In this document: one piece after another, positions 37,361 through 46,883 of the stretch
Numbering within the stretch: position 1 is the stretch's first letter
Layout of the letters: every line of letters starts with the position of its first letter
Source: an uncultured Gammaproteobacteria bacterium
GTDB taxonomy: Bacteria > Patescibacteriota > Microgenomatia > UBA10105 > UBA927
Direction: 5' to 3'
NCBI GenBank assembly: GCA_964621305.1
Contig: CAZUOM010000004.1
Span: 14,209-78,208, forward strand
DNA length: 64,000 nt
Program-made: the position numbers and the translations under genes
The notes under the pieces: model-generated
Told to the model about the DNA's origin: nothing
The model's database searches: none
What the model saw: only the letters and a program-made list of their open reading frames with translations

Positions 37361-38500
37361 ATGCTCCAACCTATCTCACAAGCAACGCCCATAATTTCTT
37401 TACCGCTGCCGATAAGCGAAGGTCTTAAACCTCGTGGCACGCGAGTGATGCTGCCGCACGGGGGACTACCGGAAATTTTTCCTCCGTATTTGGCAGATCT
37501 CATACAAAAAACCGGTGGACCGACCGGACCCATCGGGCTCCAATTTGTGTCGCGGCCGGAGTTGGAGCGCAGGTTTTTCAAAACAGGGATGAAAGACCCA
37601 CTTATCGAAGACGAGCACGAGGTGGCACCGGGTCTTGTGTATAAATATCGAAGCAATATTGGGAAGAAGAACGGTGAGATGTTTTACTGGGGTCGGGCGC
37701 TTTGGACTATCACCCGCCACTGCGCTAGTTACTGCCGTTTTTGTACACGGGGGAGAGAAGTGGGGATTCCCACTGGAGTCGAGGGAGTCAGTGCTGCGGC
37801 CTTGGCCCATACACCGCATCTTCTTATGGATCAAATTAATGAAACACTGAGCTTTATTGAGAAAGAGAAGGGAATTAATGAAATCATACTTTCCGGTGGC
37901 GACCCGATGACGGTGCACCCTACCATCCTTCAATATATATTAGGGAAACTGGGTGAGCTCCAGAAAAAAGGCAGGCTCGCCATCGTACGGATTGGAACGC
38001 GCGTGCCGGTACATAACCCACTACTTCTTCGCGATGATCACTTTAAGGCAATATCTCAACTTAAGAACCCTCGGATGATGATTCATATAAATCATTATTT
38101 AGAGTTGACAGAGCAAACTCTTGGGGTTCTTGCGCGACTCCGCAAAGAGTGCGGAGCTGTCGTCATGTCACAATCAGTTTTACTCAAAGGCGTCAATGAC
38201 GATGTTGAGACACTTTACTTACTGTTTACAAAACTGACTTCTGAAGGAATTGTTCCGTATTACGTGTTTCAAAACGATCCGGTCTATTGGGCCGAGCATT
38301 TTACGGTGTCCATCAAACGTGCCGTCAAAATGTGGCAGAAGTTGCGCCCCATGCTTTCGGGAGTGGCAGCAACTGCCCGCTTTGTCATCGACACACCGAA
38401 AGGATACGGAAAAGTTCCCCTACCAGAAGGAGATGGGTGGGAAGTCAACTACCGCCGAGGCTACCGCGACTTCCACGGCAACTGGTTCCCCCTTAGATGA
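37361..38500 (+). CDS. KamA-family radical SAM enzyme (lysine-2,3-aminomutase/EpmB-like)
   Basis: CASYCRFCTR (Cx3Cx2C). The N-terminal region DPLIEDEHEVAPGLVYKYRSN aligns to the KamA DPLHEDDHSPVPGLTHRYPDR. An alternative start at ATG 37448 is possible. Confidence 0.7.
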   Translation: MLQPISQATPIISLPLPISEGLKPRGTRVMLPHGGLPEIFPPYLADLIQKTGGPTGPIGLQFVSRPELERRFFKTGMKDPLIEDEHEVAPGLVYKYRSNIGKKNGEMFYWGRALWTITRHCASYCRFCTRGREVGIPTGVEGVSAAALAHTPHLLMDQINETLSFIEKEKGINEIILSGGDPMTVHPTILQYILGKLGELQKKGRLAIVRIGTRVPVHNPLLLRDDHFKAISQLKNPRMMIHINHYLELTEQTLGVLARLRKECGAVVMSQSVLLKGVNDDVETLYLLFTKLTSEGIVPYYVFQNDPVYWAEHFTVSIKRAVKMWQKLRPMLSGVAATARFVIDTPKGYGKVPLPEGDGWEVNYRRGYRDFHGNWFPLR

Positions 38501-40971
38501 TGGGCTGTTTGGGCAGTCACCGCTTTTTGTTTGATTGCCTCAAGAAAGAAGATAAAGACCCCTGTTGCCACAACAGCAGCCAGCCAATTTCCTATCGGCA
38601 ACGGGACCGTGTGGAACACGGCAGATAACCTCGGTTGGTAGATGAGTGCAATCAAGAGCGTTAGTCCGCAGGCGGCGGCACCGAGGAGCCAGCGATTGTC
38701 AAACAAACGCAAACTGATGACGGGTTTATCTAGTGCTCGGAGCGAAAAAGCAGCACTTAGGGAACACAAACAAACAAAGACAAATACCGTCGTTTGCCCG
38801 AGAGCCAGATCGTTCATCATCAGGCCATAGAGAGCAAACAAAACAAAGCCCAATGCCGCCTTCACCGTACTTGTTGTAGCAATGAACCGCTTCACGGAAA
38901 GTGGAAAAAGTGACCTGTTGGTGTCATGAGGTTTTACGGAAAGCACCTCTCCATCTTTTGGGTCCACGGCTAGTGCCAGGTTTGGCAAGCCGTCGGAGAT
39001 AATATTGATCCAAAGAATCTGTATGGCGGTTAGTGGCAGCGGCAAGCCGGCAAGGAGGGAAGCCGTGATAAGGAGCACCTCGGTGAAGGCATCAGACAAT
39101 AGATAGATGACTACTTTACGGATATTGGCAAAAATCACGCGACCTTCTGCAACCGCTGCCACGATGGTGCGGAAACTGGAGTCCAAAAGCACCATGTCCG
39201 CCGTTTCCCGTGCCACATCGGATGCGGTTCCCACCACAATGCCGATATCGGCTTTTTTGATGGCCAGCGCATCATTGATACCGTCACCAGTCATGGCGAC
39301 GACTTCACCATTTAACTGAAGTGCCCCCACAATGGCGAGTTTCTGCTCGGGGGTGACGCGACAGAAGAGTCTGATCGTTTTTACCCGCCGGGCAAGCTCA
39401 TCCGGTGAAAGATGTGCAAGCTCTTTGCCTTCGATGATTTCAGAACTAGGATTGTCAATGGGTATACCCAACTCTGCAAGCACTGCCTCGGCGGTCAGTC
39501 GGTAGTCGCCGGTTACCACTTTTACTGAAATTCCTGCCTGCCGACAGGCTGCAAGCGCCTGGGAAACGTCGTGTCTGACTGGATCGGAAATACCCACGAC
39601 TCCCAGAAATGTCAGCTTATCGACGTCATCTGTTTTTAGTCGGTTTAAGGTATGAGATTTAGAAGCCAGTGCGATCGCGCGAAGCCCTTTGTCAGCGAGG
39701 GAGTTGACTGTCGCAAGCCACCTCTTGCGTGCGGCGGCCGAAAGCGTGCTTTTTTCAAGCAACACTTCGGGAGCTCCTTTCACCCAGATCTTGCCGGCAG
39801 TGGCAACCGCCATGTATTTTTTAGTACTGTCAAAAGGAAGCTCGGATCGCCGTGGGTGCTCATCGGCTATTTCCTGAGGATCGGTATGATCTTTTTTTTG
39901 CACCCACTCCCAGAGGGCTATCTCTAAAGGGTCGGTAAGGTCGTTGGCGATGACAGCGGCCAGCGTCACCTCGTGTGGGTCAACAACTCTTTCTTTTACC
40001 ACCTGCATGACTCCCTCGGTGAGGGTGCCAGTTTTGTCAACGGCCAGGCAGGTAACTGATCCCAGCGTCTCAGCCGAGATAAGCCGCCGCACTAGGGCTC
40101 GCTGTTTGAGTATCCGTTGCATGCCGATGGCTAAAATCACCGTCAGGGTAACGGCCATACCTTCGGGAACAGAGGAAACAGCCAGTGCCACCGCGGTCGT
40201 AAACATCACGACGAGCTTTTCTCCACGGTTGATACCGATGAGGAACACAAAGAAGCTAACACCCAGGAGAATGCCGGTCATGGTGCGGGCAAGACTTCGC
40301 AGAGACAGCTGGAGTGTCGTTTCTTCCTCGGGTGTTTCTTCCAATGTTTCGGCAATGGAGCCAATTCTGGTATGCATTCCCGTGGCTGTGACGCGCATGG
40401 TAGCCCTGCCGGAAAGCAGGGTAGTTCCGGCAAACACGGTTGAGTCCCCATCCACGTATTTAGACACCGGGAAGCTCTCGCCGGTGAGGATTGCTTCGTT
40501 TGCGGATGTCTCATGTGATTCAAGGAGTATACCGTCGGCTGGGATACGGTCGCCTGCGGCAAGCAGTACCGTGTCATCTGGCACGAGCCCTTTCGCGTCG
40601 ATGATCTTGGGTTTCCCATCGCGAATAACCCGGACATTTTGGATGAGGAACTTTTTGAGCGCATAGAGGCTGTGTTGGGCTTTTCTCTCTTGAACAAATC
40701 CCAGGATGGTATTGATGAATACGGCCAGAAAAATAATTGTGGCATCCACCAGGTCTTGTAAAAGCACGGTCACGAGACCGGCCGCAAGCAGGACATAGAT
40801 GAGGGGGCTTTTGAATTGAGAAAGGAAAAGACTGACATCTGACGGCGGTCTTCGTTCCCGGATGGTATTTGGGCCGTATTGGTTATAGAGTCTATCGGCT
40901 TCTTCGGTGGTCAACGACGGTAGTGCGGTCACAAATTTTATTATACTCTTGCTCACAACCGCTTTATCCAT
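38461..40971 (-). CDS. cation-transporting P-type ATPase (type II, Ca2+/Mg2+-like)
   Basis: TGES, DKTGTLT, PEGM (TM4), GDGINDALA. No CPC heavy-metal motif. Confidence 0.85.
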   Translation of the reverse strand: MDKAVVSKSIIKFVTALPSLTTEEADRLYNQYGPNTIRERRPPSDVSLFLSQFKSPLIYVLLAAGLVTVLLQDLVDATIIFLAVFINTILGFVQERKAQHSLYALKKFLIQNVRVIRDGKPKIIDAKGLVPDDTVLLAAGDRIPADGILLESHETSANEAILTGESFPVSKYVDGDSTVFAGTTLLSGRATMRVTATGMHTRIGSIAETLEETPEEETTLQLSLRSLARTMTGILLGVSFFVFLIGINRGEKLVVMFTTAVALAVSSVPEGMAVTLTVILAIGMQRILKQRALVRRLISAETLGSVTCLAVDKTGTLTEGVMQVVKERVVDPHEVTLAAVIANDLTDPLEIALWEWVQKKDHTDPQEIADEHPRRSELPFDSTKKYMAVATAGKIWVKGAPEVLLEKSTLSAAARKRWLATVNSLADKGLRAIALASKSHTLNRLKTDDVDKLTFLGVVGISDPVRHDVSQALAACRQAGISVKVVTGDYRLTAEAVLAELGIPIDNPSSEIIEGKELAHLSPDELARRVKTIRLFCRVTPEQKLAIVGALQLNGEVVAMTGDGINDALAIKKADIGIVVGTASDVARETADMVLLDSSFRTIVAAVAEGRVIFANIRKVVIYLLSDAFTEVLLITASLLAGLPLPLTAIQILWINIISDGLPNLALAVDPKDGEVLSVKPHDTNRSLFPLSVKRFIATTSTVKAALGFVLFALYGLMMNDLALGQTTVFVFVCLCSLSAAFSLRALDKPVISLRLFDNRWLLGAAACGLTLLIALIYQPRLSAVFHTVPLPIGNWLAAVVATGVFIFFLEAIKQKAVTAQTAHHLRGNQLPWKSR

Positions 40972-40983
40972 TAGAATGGTTGC

Positions 40984-41757
40984 ATGGAAGAAGGGGAAAA
41001 GAAAATTTCATTTATTGGCAATAATCCGTTTCAAATAATTATTCTCGTGGCAGTTATCGTCGGTGCGTTTTATCTCGGGTCTCTCAAAACGAAAGTGGAG
41101 ATTCTCGAGCGTGGAGGGGTAGGCTCGGGTCAGAAATCAACGATCCCAGCAGGACCCAACGCACCGGCCGCTCCCCAGCCGCCACCGCCGCAGTCAGCAG
41201 GGGACGTTCCCAAAGTCACTAAAGACGACCACGTCAAGGGAGATCGAAAAGCCAGAATTGCCCTCATCGAGTACTCCGACCTCGAGTGCCCTTTCTGCAA
41301 GCGCTTTCACCCGACAGCCCAGCAGGTGGTGGATGAGTACAAAGGTAAGGTGATGTGGGTGTATCGGCACTTTCCACTGGATCAGATCCATTCTAAAGCA
41401 GACAAGGAGGCCGAAGCCACCGAATGTGCCTGGGAACTGGGAGGAGACGACGGATTCTGGAAAATGACGGATAAGATTTTCGAGACGACCCCATCCAACA
41501 ATGGGCTCTCCCTGGACGATTTGCCGGAACTGGCAAAAGCAGCGGGGCTAGATGCCGCCAAATTCAAAGAGTGCCTGGATAGTGGACGTCAGGCGGCACG
41601 GGTGGAAGAGCAGTACCAAGGAGGGGTCCGTGCAGGCATTACCGGGACTCCGGGCAATATTCTTCTTGATACCAAAAGCGGCAAGACCCGCTTGCTTCCT
41701 GGTGCAGTACCGTTTGATTCGATCAAACCAGTGATTGACGAAATGTTGAAAGGATAA
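40984..41757 (+). CDS. DsbA-family thiol:disulfide oxidoreductase, membrane-anchored
   Basis: N-terminal transmembrane helix, Pro-rich linker, thioredoxin fold with CPFC active site. Confidence 0.7.
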   Translation: MEEGEKKISFIGNNPFQIIILVAVIVGAFYLGSLKTKVEILERGGVGSGQKSTIPAGPNAPAAPQPPPPQSAGDVPKVTKDDHVKGDRKARIALIEYSDLECPFCKRFHPTAQQVVDEYKGKVMWVYRHFPLDQIHSKADKEAEATECAWELGGDDGFWKMTDKIFETTPSNNGLSLDDLPELAKAAGLDAAKFKECLDSGRQAARVEEQYQGGVRAGITGTPGNILLDTKSGKTRLLPGAVPFDSIKPVIDEMLKG

Positions 41758-41793
41758 GGTTAAGAGTAATCACTTTTGTCCCATAGTACTTGA

Positions 41794-41822
41794 CTTCTTC
41801 TTCTTCTTCTTCTTCTTCTTCT
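41794..41822. repeat. (CTT)9.7 trinucleotide microsatellite, intergenic
   Basis: cttcttcttcttcttcttcttcttcttct, seen directly. Confidence 0.9.
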
Positions 41823-41849
41823 AAACTCCATCCTTAGATAAACAAAAAA

Positions 41850-41877
41850 GCGCGTCTAAATGCGACGCAATTTTTTT
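41850..41877 (+). terminator. candidate intrinsic terminator downstream of the DsbA-like gene
   Basis: GCGTC-taaatgc-GACGC stem followed by T7. Confidence 0.4.
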
Positions 41878-41989
41878 GGTTTATCGGTCATCGGGAAACC
41901 TCGGGGTTTTGAACTTGTGTGTATAACTCGAGTCCTGTTCATGACCGAAAATTTTGCGCGTTTAAGTAAGGTCCAAGAAAGGAGGCAAT

Positions 41990-42124
41990 ATGAAAAAAAA
42001 GAATCTTGGACCCCTGTTCATTGTCATAACCCTGGGTATTTGGTGGTTACTGCAGGGATGGTATGCGGGGATGATAATCGCGTTGATGTTAATCGGTGCG
42101 ATTATGTATATGGATAATGAGTAA
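41990..42124 (+). CDS. small hydrophobic membrane peptide (44 aa): MKKKNLGPLFIVITLGIWWLLQGWYAGMIIALMLIGAIMYMDNE
   Basis: Shine-Dalgarno sequence AAAGGAGG 5 nt upstream. Two predicted transmembrane segments. Confidence 0.35.
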   Translation: MKKKNLGPLFIVITLGIWWLLQGWYAGMIIALMLIGAIMYMDNE

Positions 42125-42198
42125 ACGTGCAAGCCCCTCCGGAGTCGGAATTTGTGCCAGAAATGGCATGATTTTCGATGTTGATGGAGGGGTGTGTT

Positions 42199-42324
42199 TT
42201 ATCTTGACGAGCGCGACTTGCCGCGCTCGTATAGCTTGGCGGCGATGAGGACTAATGCCACCGCGATGAGGGTAAGAGCAAATGCAATTTGTGCTGTGGT
42301 GATAACGTTCCAGAAGTCAATCAT
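42199..42324 (-). CDS. small membrane protein (41 aa, 1 transmembrane helix): MIDFWNVITTAQIAFALTLIAVALVLIAAKLYERGKSRSSR
   Basis: Start codon overlaps the stop of the preceding small ORF (ATGA), suggesting translational coupling. Confidence 0.3.
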   Translation of the reverse strand: MIDFWNVITTAQIAFALTLIAVALVLIAAKLYERGKSRSSR

Positions 42325-42548
42325 ATTCGCTTCGCTTGTTTGGTTAAGTAGACAGATAGATACAACATTACCATACCAAAAGTAAATGAGACAATCAAGA
42401 CCAATGGCCATTCTGGTTTTTGTAGCACTTCAAATCCAGGAGAAATAAAAATGACACCGAACCAAGCGGCAGAAAGATTTTGACAAACACCGGCGACGGC
42501 AAGAAGCCAAAGTATCGTATCTTTTTTGCGAAAAGAAATAAAGTTCAT
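42321..42548 (-). CDS. small membrane protein (75 aa, 2 transmembrane helices)
   Basis: Hydrophobic profile. Lies downstream of ruvB on the same strand. ATGA overlap with the next small ORF. Confidence 0.35.
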   Translation of the reverse strand: MNFISFRKKDTILWLLAVAGVCQNLSAAWFGVIFISPGFEVLQKPEWPLVLIVSFTFGMVMLYLSVYLTKQAKRI

Positions 42549-42555
42549 GGGTGAT

Positions 42556-43572
42556 TTAGAATAACTCCTCTTGCAACTTCTTTGGTAGTGTTTTTCCTAG
42601 GTGTTTGAATGCGGCGGGGGTTGCGAGGCGGCCGCGGGGGGTGCGCTTGAGAAATCCAATCTGCATAAGATACGGCTCAAGTACTTCCTCAACCGTGCCG
42701 ATGTCTTCGGATAATGCTGCTGCAATGGTTTCGATGCCGACCGGGCCGCCGGAGAATTTTTCGATAATCGCCGTCAGCAGCCGCCGATCAGAACTATCCA
42801 GTCCCATCGGGTCAACCTCAAGCATGTCGAGTGCCTTGTGCAAAATATCCTCGGTGATTCCGCCGTCTCCTTCCACCTGGGCTACATCGCGGACACGCTT
42901 GAGGAGCCGTAGCGCTATCCGCGGTGTGCCACGACTTCTGACAGCAAGTTCTTGTTTTGCCGCTTTGTGGATGGCAATCTTGAGCTTACTGGCTGCGCGT
43001 TCGATGATTTGCTCAAGTTCCATGGGTTGGTAAAAACTTAATCGCGAGACGACTCCAAAGCGATCCCGCATTGGTGAAGAGAGGAGTCCGATTCTCGTGG
43101 TTGCCCCGACTATGGTAAACGGCGGCAGGTCCAGCCGAAGCGTGCGGGCCGAGGGACCTTTGCCGATGACAATGTCAAGGGCAAAGTCTTCCATAGCCGG
43201 ATAGATAGTTTCCTCAACGACTTTGTTGAGCCTGTGAATCTCATCGATAAAGAGGATATCTTTTGGTTCAAGGTTAGTGAGTATCGATGCGAGGTCTCCA
43301 GCACGCTCGAGAGACGGCCCGCTTGTGACGCGAACATTGACGCCAAGTTCTTTGCCGATGATGTGAGCGAGCGTGGTTTTACCTAGTCCAGGAGGGCCGT
43401 AGAGGAGAATGTGCTCGACAGCCTCTTTGCGTTTTTTGGCTGCAGCAAGGGCGACTTTGAGCGAACGTTTGACTACCTCCTGTCCTTCAAACTCGTCCCA
43501 TGAGGTAGCTCGAAGTGAAGTAAAGAGTATTTCTTCGTCAGGCGTCGTTACCTTTTTTAGTTTTTTTGTCAT
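42556..43572 (-). CDS. ruvB: Holliday junction branch-migration ATPase RuvB
   Basis: Walker [10 protein letters not shown]. Walker B FIDEIHRL. Winged-helix C-terminus. Confidence 0.9.
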   Translation of the reverse strand: MTKKLKKVTTPDEEILFTSLRATSWDEFEGQEVVKRSLKVALAAAKKRKEAVEHILLYGPPGLGKTTLAHIIGKELGVNVRVTSGPSLERAGDLASILTNLEPKDILFIDEIHRLNKVVEETIYPAMEDFALDIVIGKGPSARTLRLDLPPFTIVGATTRIGLLSSPMRDRFGVVSRLSFYQPMELEQIIERAASKLKIAIHKAAKQELAVRSRGTPRIALRLLKRVRDVAQVEGDGGITEDILHKALDMLEVDPMGLDSSDRRLLTAIIEKFSGGPVGIETIAAALSEDIGTVEEVLEPYLMQIGFLKRTPRGRLATPAAFKHLGKTLPKKLQEELF

Positions 43573-44144
43573 GGTTTTCCCAAGAGCTTGAGTGCTTGTC
43601 TGACTTTATCTTCGACGCTTACGGCGTCGGCGTCCAGCCTCTTGACTACCTCCAGCGCTTCGCTTCTTGCAAAACCCATGGAGATGAGTGCATCAAGAAC
43701 ATCCTTTGTTTCGCCACCAATCTCGCCTCCAAGGTCGAGCTCAGCAACACTGCCTAATTTATTTTTTAATTCAATAATAATCTTTTGAGCATTTTTGGTG
43801 CCGACACGGGGAATTGTGGTAAAAAAGGTAACGTCGGCGGCTGCCACCGCCTTGCGTATCGCTTGTGCGCCCCGATCTACAATAGCTAGACCCGTGCGCG
43901 GTCCGACGCCTGGGACAGTTAACAATAGCTCAAATAGTAAGAGCTCTTCTTGCGTGGTAAAGCCATAGAGGTCGAGCGCGTCATCTCGCACATGCGTATG
44001 AGTAAACAAGGCAATATCTTTCCCGACTGGAGAATTTGAAATAACTTTGTCCGCAAGATAAACACGATACCCGACGCCACCGACCATGACGATAACGGGA
44101 TTAGTGCTCGATGAAAAAATTGTACCTTTTAATGCTCCGATCAT
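43569..44144 (-). CDS. ruvA: Holliday junction DNA-binding protein RuvA
   Basis: [16 protein letters not shown]-terminus. HhH motifs ([13 protein letters not shown]). Confidence 0.85.
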   Translation of the reverse strand: MIGALKGTIFSSSTNPVIVMVGGVGYRVYLADKVISNSPVGKDIALFTHTHVRDDALDLYGFTTQEELLLFELLLTVPGVGPRTGLAIVDRGAQAIRKAVAAADVTFFTTIPRVGTKNAQKIIIELKNKLGSVAELDLGGEIGGETKDVLDALISMGFARSEALEVVKRLDADAVSVEDKVRQALKLLGKP

Positions 44145-44629
44145 ACAAATTTTGCTTTCGTGCGATACGAGTATGCGTGCGTTAAGGCTATAGCCAGAGC
44201 GTCGGCCACGTCGTCCGGTTTTGGAATAGAGCTAAGGTGGAGAAGATTTTTCACCATGTGTTGTACTTGTGTTTTATCCGCGCGGCCGTTTCCGATAATC
44301 GTTTGTTTCACGACAAGCGGAGTATATGATATCACGGGGACACTAGCCTTTGCCCCAGCCAAAAGAACAACGCCTCGGCCCTGGGCAACCGGAATAACGG
44401 TCTTGGCGTTTGTCGCAAAGAAAAGTTCCTCCAGAGCAATGGCATCGGGTTTTTCTTTTGTAAGCAAGTGGGTGAGCTTGTCAAAAATATGCTTAAGCCG
44501 GTCGGCTGGAGCGTCTGATGGTTTTGTTTCGATACAGCCGAAACTGCCAACGACGGTTTTTCCTTTGCTTTCATTAACCAGGCCCCACCCAACCCGCGCA
44601 GTCCCCGGATCAATGCCAAGGATTTTCAT
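44141..44629 (-). CDS. ruvC: crossover junction endodeoxyribonuclease RuvC
   Basis: ILGIDPGTARVGWG N-terminal motif (catalytic Asp). Confidence 0.85.
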   Translation of the reverse strand: MKILGIDPGTARVGWGLVNESKGKTVVGSFGCIETKPSDAPADRLKHIFDKLTHLLTKEKPDAIALEELFFATNAKTVIPVAQGRGVVLLAGAKASVPVISYTPLVVKQTIIGNGRADKTQVQHMVKNLLHLSSIPKPDDVADALAIALTHAYSYRTKAKFV

Positions 44630-44653
44630 GTGGATTTGTTATACCATAAATCT

Positions 44654-45028
44654 ATGAACCCCATCATCCGGTTTCTTCTAGTAGCAGGAGCTACAGCTTC
44701 AGTTGTTGTGATTGTCAGTTTACTCTGGCCGCGCTTAACCAGCCAGCCGCGTCCGGAGGTTCTCCAGGCAGTACAGGAGACTGCGCTAACAACCGGAGTT
44801 GGCCAGGAGGCAGCCAAAGTTTTGGGAGTTGAGGAGGAGAAAAACGTCAAACCAGTCAATCTTTCCTCAGCGGCCGCCTCAGTAGCTGGGGGTATATCGT
44901 CAACCATTGCGCAGAAAGCGCAGGAAATTGTAACACAACAAATTACTAACCAGATCATTAGTCACTACACCCAGCTACCACAATCTCAGCAGCAACAAGT
45001 TCAAGAGTTTATATGCAAACCTAAGTAA
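44654..45028 (+). CDS. hypothetical secreted or membrane protein
   Basis: N-terminal hydrophobic segment, Q-rich C-terminus. Start chosen at the second Met to avoid zero spacing with divergent ruvC. Confidence 0.35.
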   Translation: MNPIIRFLLVAGATASVVVIVSLLWPRLTSQPRPEVLQAVQETALTTGVGQEAAKVLGVEEEKNVKPVNLSSAAASVAGGISSTIAQKAQEIVTQQITNQIISHYTQLPQSQQQQVQEFICKPK

Positions 45029-45031
45029 GAT

Positions 45032-45772
45032 ATGGCTATTATTTACGCATTAATTTCAGTTATTTTTGTAAGTCTTCTGTCACTTCTTGGCGCCGTGTTT
45101 TTGGTGTTTCAGCGAGAACTTGTTCACAAATTTATTACCTTTACACTGGCGTTTTCTTCGGGAGTAATGTTGGGGAGCGTATTTTTCGATTTGTTACCCG
45201 AAAGTCTGGGTATGTTGCCCGAGCAAACGTTCCCGTTGACCCTTCTTGGTATCATCTGTTTTTTTGCATTAGAAAAACTTCTCCGCTGGCACCATCACGT
45301 TCCCGGAGATCACCGGGAAGAAGAAGAAGCTGTGGCCTATCTTTCGCTAATTGGGGACGGCATTCATAACTTTGTCGATGGGGTGATTATCGGCGCTGCA
45401 TACCTGGTTTCTATTCCGATCGGTGTCACGACCACGCTTGCCGTGATAGCTCACGAGATCCCCCACGAGATGAGCGATTTTACCATCCTCATCCACGGAG
45501 GCTTTCCCACTGCCAAAGCGCTCTGGTACAATCTTCTCTCAGCTCTTACAGCCGTTGTTGGCGCTCTCTTTGTCCTTATTGTGACGACTGTGTTTGGCGA
45601 TCTGGTTGCCTTGTTGGTGCCATTTGCGGCTGGCAACTTTCTGTATATTGCATCCAGCGACCTTATTCCTGAGCTCCAGAAAAAACGCGAACTGCCAACA
45701 TCAGTTGCCCAAATCCTCTTGCTTATCGGGGGCGTTTTGGTTATGGTGGTCGTACGAGGCCTCTTTGAATAA
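45032..45772 (+). CDS. zupT: ZIP-family metal (zinc) transporter
   Basis: HEIPHEMSDF signature. His-rich loop HHHVPGDHREEEE. Confidence 0.8.
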   Translation: MAIIYALISVIFVSLLSLLGAVFLVFQRELVHKFITFTLAFSSGVMLGSVFFDLLPESLGMLPEQTFPLTLLGIICFFALEKLLRWHHHVPGDHREEEEAVAYLSLIGDGIHNFVDGVIIGAAYLVSIPIGVTTTLAVIAHEIPHEMSDFTILIHGGFPTAKALWYNLLSALTAVVGALFVLIVTTVFGDLVALLVPFAAGNFLYIASSDLIPELQKKRELPTSVAQILLLIGGVLVMVVVRGLFE

Positions 45773-45775
45773 ACT

Positions 45776-46572
45776 ATGAATGACTTTGGAAAAGATAACC
45801 CATCTGCGGTTACGTTCCCTCGACCGGAATACCCTTCCTCGGGTCGCTATATTTCTAGTGAATGGACGATCGAACATGGTGATCGTATTGGGAGCGGATC
45901 AGTAGCTGACATATACGATTGTTGGACTAACCGTAATACAGGACAGTTATTCGTTGCAAAAGAATTTTCTGTAACTAACTATGAGTTCTATAGAGATGAA
46001 GTAGCTGCATTTCTACGAGCCAGGGGGGTGTACCGTACCTGGTCAAGATGTTTGACTACGGAAAGGATAAATCTACATTTAGGAACGTTATTATCGAAGA
46101 GCGAGTGAGGAGCGAAAGGGTTTTTAGTAGAGGGAAAACATTGTCTCCGGTTGACAAACTTATGATCCTATATCAGTATCTTAAATTTCTAGAAGCATTA
46201 AAACAGAAGGGAATAATAAATTTGGATCCCAAAATGGATAATGTATTTTATGATGCCGATGAAGTCGAGATAACTGCGATAGACTTGGGTGTCGTTAAAT
46301 TTGCGACAAATAGAGCCGACGCAGATAGACTGATGAAAGAAGGACTCTTTCGTCCTTTAAGGGGAAGAGGGGTGCCTATTCTTGCTGAGGAAGTTACAAA
46401 ACTATTTGACGGTCAAGGTGCCTTTGTAACTAATTATGCAGAACTTGCAAAATCAGGAAGTTTGCCTGATGTAACTTCAATTCCAAAAGGCTTACAAAGA
46501 GGAATGATAGAACTGTTTAACGGGAGAATAAATTCAATACCACAGCTCGAACAAGTTTTCAGAGCAGGATAG
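45776..46572 (+). pseudogene. eukaryotic-like protein kinase fold protein, frameshifted in a G6 tract (46023-46028)
   Basis: N-terminal ORF has a Gly-rich loop IGSGSVADIY and a VAIK-like FVAKEF. The downstream ORF has a catalytic-loop-like LDPKMDN and a DFG-like IDLG. One additional G in the G6 run would fuse them: ..AFLRARGGVPYLVKMFDYG.. Confidence 0.5.
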
Positions 46573-46637
46573 GTGATCCCTACTAATTAAATGGTTTATT
46601 TGACACCATTTAGTTTTTGAAGTAATATAAATGGTAT

Positions 46638-46880
46638 ATGAATGCAACCTTAACAATTTCTTCTCAAGGACAGGTGGTGATCCCCGCGGCAGTGCGGCGT
46701 ATCTTGGGTTCCAAGCCGGGGGATAAATTACGGCTTCGAGTAGAAAAGCGCCAGAAGACAGTTGTTGCCGTTATTGAACCGGTGGCCAAACGATGGGTTG
46801 ATCGCCTGTACGGAGCAGCCAAGGGTGTATACGGCGACGTGGACAAGTATATTGAAAAAGAGCGCAATAGCTGGAGATAA
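46638..46880 (+). CDS. vapB: AbrB/SpoVT/MazE-type antitoxin (VapB-like)
   Basis: Swapped-hairpin motif ISSQGQVVIPAAVRRILGSKPGDKLRL. Confidence 0.55.
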   Translation: MNATLTISSQGQVVIPAAVRRILGSKPGDKLRLRVEKRQKTVVAVIEPVAKRWVDRLYGAAKGVYGDVDKYIEKERNSWR

Positions 46881-46883
46881 TCT

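Noticed and set aside
39944-40666. 240-aa plus ORF (and the 40278-40745 minus-frame ORF) within the P-type ATPase gene
   Set aside because: Antisense or alternate-frame ORFs with Ser/Thr/Ala/Arg low-complexity composition. The ATPase reading frame carries all canonical motifs.
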